Shown here piece by piece: positions 61,603 through 64,000 of a DNA stretch of 64,000 bases. The notes beneath the pieces were generated by a model. The model saw nothing but the letters and a program-made list of their open reading frames with translations, was not told the DNA's origin and did not search any database. The translations under genes were made by a program, and so were the position numbers. How positions within the stretch are numbered: the first letter of the stretch is position 1; each line of letters begins with the position of its first letter. Origin of the DNA: Lucifera butyrica (GTDB taxonomy: Bacteria; Bacillota; Negativicutes; Sporomusales; UPPP01). The stretch spans positions 8,651 to 72,650 of the forward strand of contig NZ_UPPP01000062.1 of the NCBI RefSeq assembly GCF_900476375.1, written 5' to 3'.

Positions 61603-62850
61603 ATGGAGCAGAGCGCATTTGGCGATCTAATTAAAGCGAACGGCGGCAAGCTGTATATTGTTGGCGGCTATGTCCGGGATTTACTTATGGGCGGGAACCC
61701 GAAGGATATCGATTTTGCCGTCGCCGGAATGACGGAAGAGTGCTTTACCGCTGCGTTTCCGGCGGCAATCAAGGCCGGAAAGTCGTTTCCGGTATATCTG
61801 GTAATGGTCGATGGCCGCTGTTGTGAAGTGGCTTTTGCCCGGACGGAGCGAAAAAGCGGCAGCGGTTATAAGGGCTTTGCCGTCCAATACGATCCGGCGG
61901 TAACAATAGAAGAGGACCTTTTTCGCCGGGATACGACGATGAACAGCATGGCCATTGATACGGAGACGATGACGCTGGTGGACCCTTACCGGGGTGCCGG
62001 CGATATCAGGCGAGGCATCATAAGAGCAACATCGCCGCATTTTTCCGAGGACCCCGTACGGGCGCTGCGGGCTGCGAGACAAGCCGCGGAATTCGGATTT
62101 ACCGTCGCGGACGCCACCTTGGAACTCATGCGTTTATGCCGCCGGGAACTGATGGAAGAACCGCGGGAACGGTATATGACGGAATTGAGAAAAGCCCTGG
62201 CAACGCCCCGGCCCTCGGTATTTTTCCGTATTTTAAGAGTGGCTGATCTTTTGGATATAACCTATCCGCCGGTTTATGCGCTGATCGGCCAGACACAGCC
62301 GGAACTGTATCACCCTGAGGGCGATTCGTTTGAACATAGCATGCTGGTGGTGGACAAGGTTGCGGCAATGACTGTCCGGCCGGAGGTGCGGTTTGCCGGC
62401 CTGATGCATGATATTGGCAAGGGAATAACGCCCCCGGAGGAACTGCCTTCGCATCATAATCATGATGCAGCGGGGAGCGGAGTCTTAAACGGGTTTAACC
62501 GGTTTATGACGCTGCCGGCGGTATGGCTGCAATGCGCGAAGTTTGCCTGCCGCCATCATATGCGGGTCCATACTATGAAGCAGGCTAAAAAGATTGTTGA
62601 GCTAATTATGGAGTTAAGTAAGAACCCGCTGGGGATCGATGGCTTTAATGCGGTTCTCCTCGCCGATGCCGGCAATCTGCCGGGGTTTCTCCGGCACTAT
62701 GATAAAATTCTTGCTTCCTTACGGATGGTGGACGGAAGGGATGCGCCGCCAGGACTAAAAGGCCCCCGGATTGGTGAATGGGTATTGCAGGAGCGGATAA
62801 AAAAATATAAACAGCTGGAAAGCGAGCTGGCAAACGATAATTTACCCTAA
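61603..62850 (+). CDS. cca: CCA-adding enzyme / tRNA nucleotidyltransferase with HD domain
   Basis: Pol-beta NT motif GGYVRDLLMGGNPKDIDFAV plus C-terminal HD domain (HH...D). Confidence 0.85.
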   Translation: MEQSAFGDLIKANGGKLYIVGGYVRDLLMGGNPKDIDFAVAGMTEECFTAAFPAAIKAGKSFPVYLVMVDGRCCEVAFARTERKSGSGYKGFAVQYDPAVTIEEDLFRRDTTMNSMAIDTETMTLVDPYRGAGDIRRGIIRATSPHFSEDPVRALRAARQAAEFGFTVADATLELMRLCRRELMEEPRERYMTELRKALATPRPSVFFRILRVADLLDITYPPVYALIGQTQPELYHPEGDSFEHSMLVVDKVAAMTVRPEVRFAGLMHDIGKGITPPEELPSHHNHDAAGSGVLNGFNRFMTLPAVWLQCAKFACRHHMRVHTMKQAKKIVELIMELSKNPLGIDGFNAVLLADAGNLPGFLRHYDKILASLRMVDGRDAPPGLKGPRIGEWVLQERIKKYKQLESELANDNLP

Positions 62851-63131
62851 AATAGGATATTCCGGCTTATTTGGACTTGACAATTTATTGTCAATCCGAT
62901 ATTGTACTATACAATACGGCTATGCATGTATCCGGTGATACAAAGAATATGTTAGGAAAGAATTCTGCCTAAATACGTATGTTCTCCAAACGTGAACCTT
63001 CTCGATAGCAACGCTTACTTATCCCATTTTTCACGGTCCGCTATAAATTCAAGGGGCGAAATGTGGGACTTATGTTACACGGCATATTTTTTGAGGATAT
63101 GAATTAGATGATGGCCTGAATAAGCGGAGAG

Positions 63132-64000
63132 GAGTATTGGTATGGTCGAATTAGTAAACAAAGGGGTTTATCTTTTACAAGGCGGCTTCATCCTGGAAGA
63201 TGACGGTCATTTTAGTATGAATGAGGTTAACGGCCGCCTGGCCGGTGCCGGGTTTGGTCCGCTGTCCGGAACGGAAATCAGCCGGGATAAGGCGCGGACC
63301 GGTACGATTACTTATCAGATTTTAAACAGCCACAATCAAGCGGGGAATTCGGATACGTTAAGACTGCGTTTCGACGCCTTGGCCTCGCATGATATTACTT
63401 ATGTCGGAATTATTCAAACCGCTCGCGCCAGCGGGTTAAAAGAATTTCCCGTTCCCTATGTTCTGACGAATTGCCATAATAGTCTATGCGCGGTCGGAGG
63501 GACAATTAATGAAGATGATCACGTCTTCGGACTTTCGGGGGCCCGCAAATACGGCGGTATTTTTGTACCGGCTCATCAGGCCGTTATCCATCAGTACGTG
63601 CGGGAGATGATGACCGGCTGCGGTAAAATGATCCTCGGCTCGGACAGTCACACCCGCTATGGCGCTCTTGGAACCATGGGCATCGGGGAAGGAGGACCGG
63701 AACTCGTTAAGCAGTTGCTGGCCAAGACGTACGATATAGCCCAACCGGAAGTGACTGCCGTTTATCTGACGGGAAAACCGGCGCCGGGTGTTGGACCGCA
63801 AGACGTGGCGCTGGCGATCATTAAAGCAGTCTTTAAGAATTCCTTTGTAAAGAATAAAGTGATGGAATTTGTCGGTCCCGGAATTGCCAATCTTAGTGTT
63901 GATTTTCGCAACGGTATCGACGTGATGACCACCGAAACGACTTGTTTGTCGTCGATCTGGCTTACCGACGAAAAGGTGGCGGAATTCTACCGGATCCACG
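63132..64000 (+). CDS. aconitase-family hydratase (3' end truncated by window edge)
   Basis: [14 protein letters not shown] is the aconitase/IPM-isomerase 4Fe-4S ligand block. Open to the end of the window. Confidence 0.6.

Noticed and set aside
63484-63999. 171-aa minus-strand ORF at the window end
   Set aside because: Antisense to the aconitase-family gene, whose GSDSHT motif and RBS support the plus-strand reading.

Overview
This 64 kb window is a chromosomal segment from an anaerobic Firmicutes-type genome (about 50% GC, Bacillus/Clostridia-like gene order). The taxon guess rests on gene content alone: folD-fhs, NfnAB, ferredoxin-dependent 2-oxoacid oxidoreductase, LonB and an Isf-like flavoprotein.

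Gene order from left to right:
- clpP (5' truncated), clpX, lonB, lon, engB.
- A pair of Lrp-like siroheme-decarboxylase-type genes (AhbA/AhbB-like).
- ptb-like phosphate acyltransferase.
- A four-subunit 2-oxoacid:ferredoxin oxidoreductase.
- Polyprenyl synthase, a GntR regulator, tatA and tatC.
- folD, fhs and NfnAB.
- A complete pyrimidine operon, pyrB-pyrC-carA-carB-pyrK-pyrD-pyrF-pyrE, preceded by a PyrR-type attenuator.
- Two tRNA clusters, Asp-Gly-Trp-Cys-Trp and Asp-Phe-Gly-Cys.
- An Isf-like iron-sulfur flavoprotein.
- A large SPFH/flotillin protein with triplicated N-terminal repeats.
- A sulfonate-type ABC transporter (minus strand).
- A hypothetical protein plus a standalone CheY.
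- ilvD, tRNA-Leu and an ArsB/NhaD-type permease.
- A convergent pair: a highly expressed Cys/Met-rich hexapeptide-repeat protein and a YcaO-domain protein.
- A YlbF/YmcA-like protein, then an unknown gene followed by queC and queE.
- glnA followed by a second, type-III-like glutamine synthetase, an Lrp regulator and tRNA-Gly.
- A rubrerythrin-like protein.
- A small assimilatory-type sulfite reductase, then an M20 amidohydrolase and a ComB-like phosphatase.
- Two 3D-domain cell-wall proteins, the second behind a c-di-AMP (ydaO-type) riboswitch, with an AlaX-L editing protein between them.
- A PaaI thioesterase, a small DUF606-like membrane protein flanked by inverted-repeat elements, an acyl-CoA dehydrogenase, tRNA-Val, map and the CCA-adding enzyme.
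- The start of an aconitase-family gene.

No CRISPR array, transposase or phage genes are visible.

The least explained signals are:
- The Cys/Met-repeat protein and the YcaO neighbour.
- A repeated structured RNA-like element that follows strong terminators, with one copy in the 5' UTR of the sulfite reductase.
- Short inverted-repeat (MITE-like) elements bracketing a single membrane-protein gene.
- A sulfonate/sulfite gene set spread over the window.
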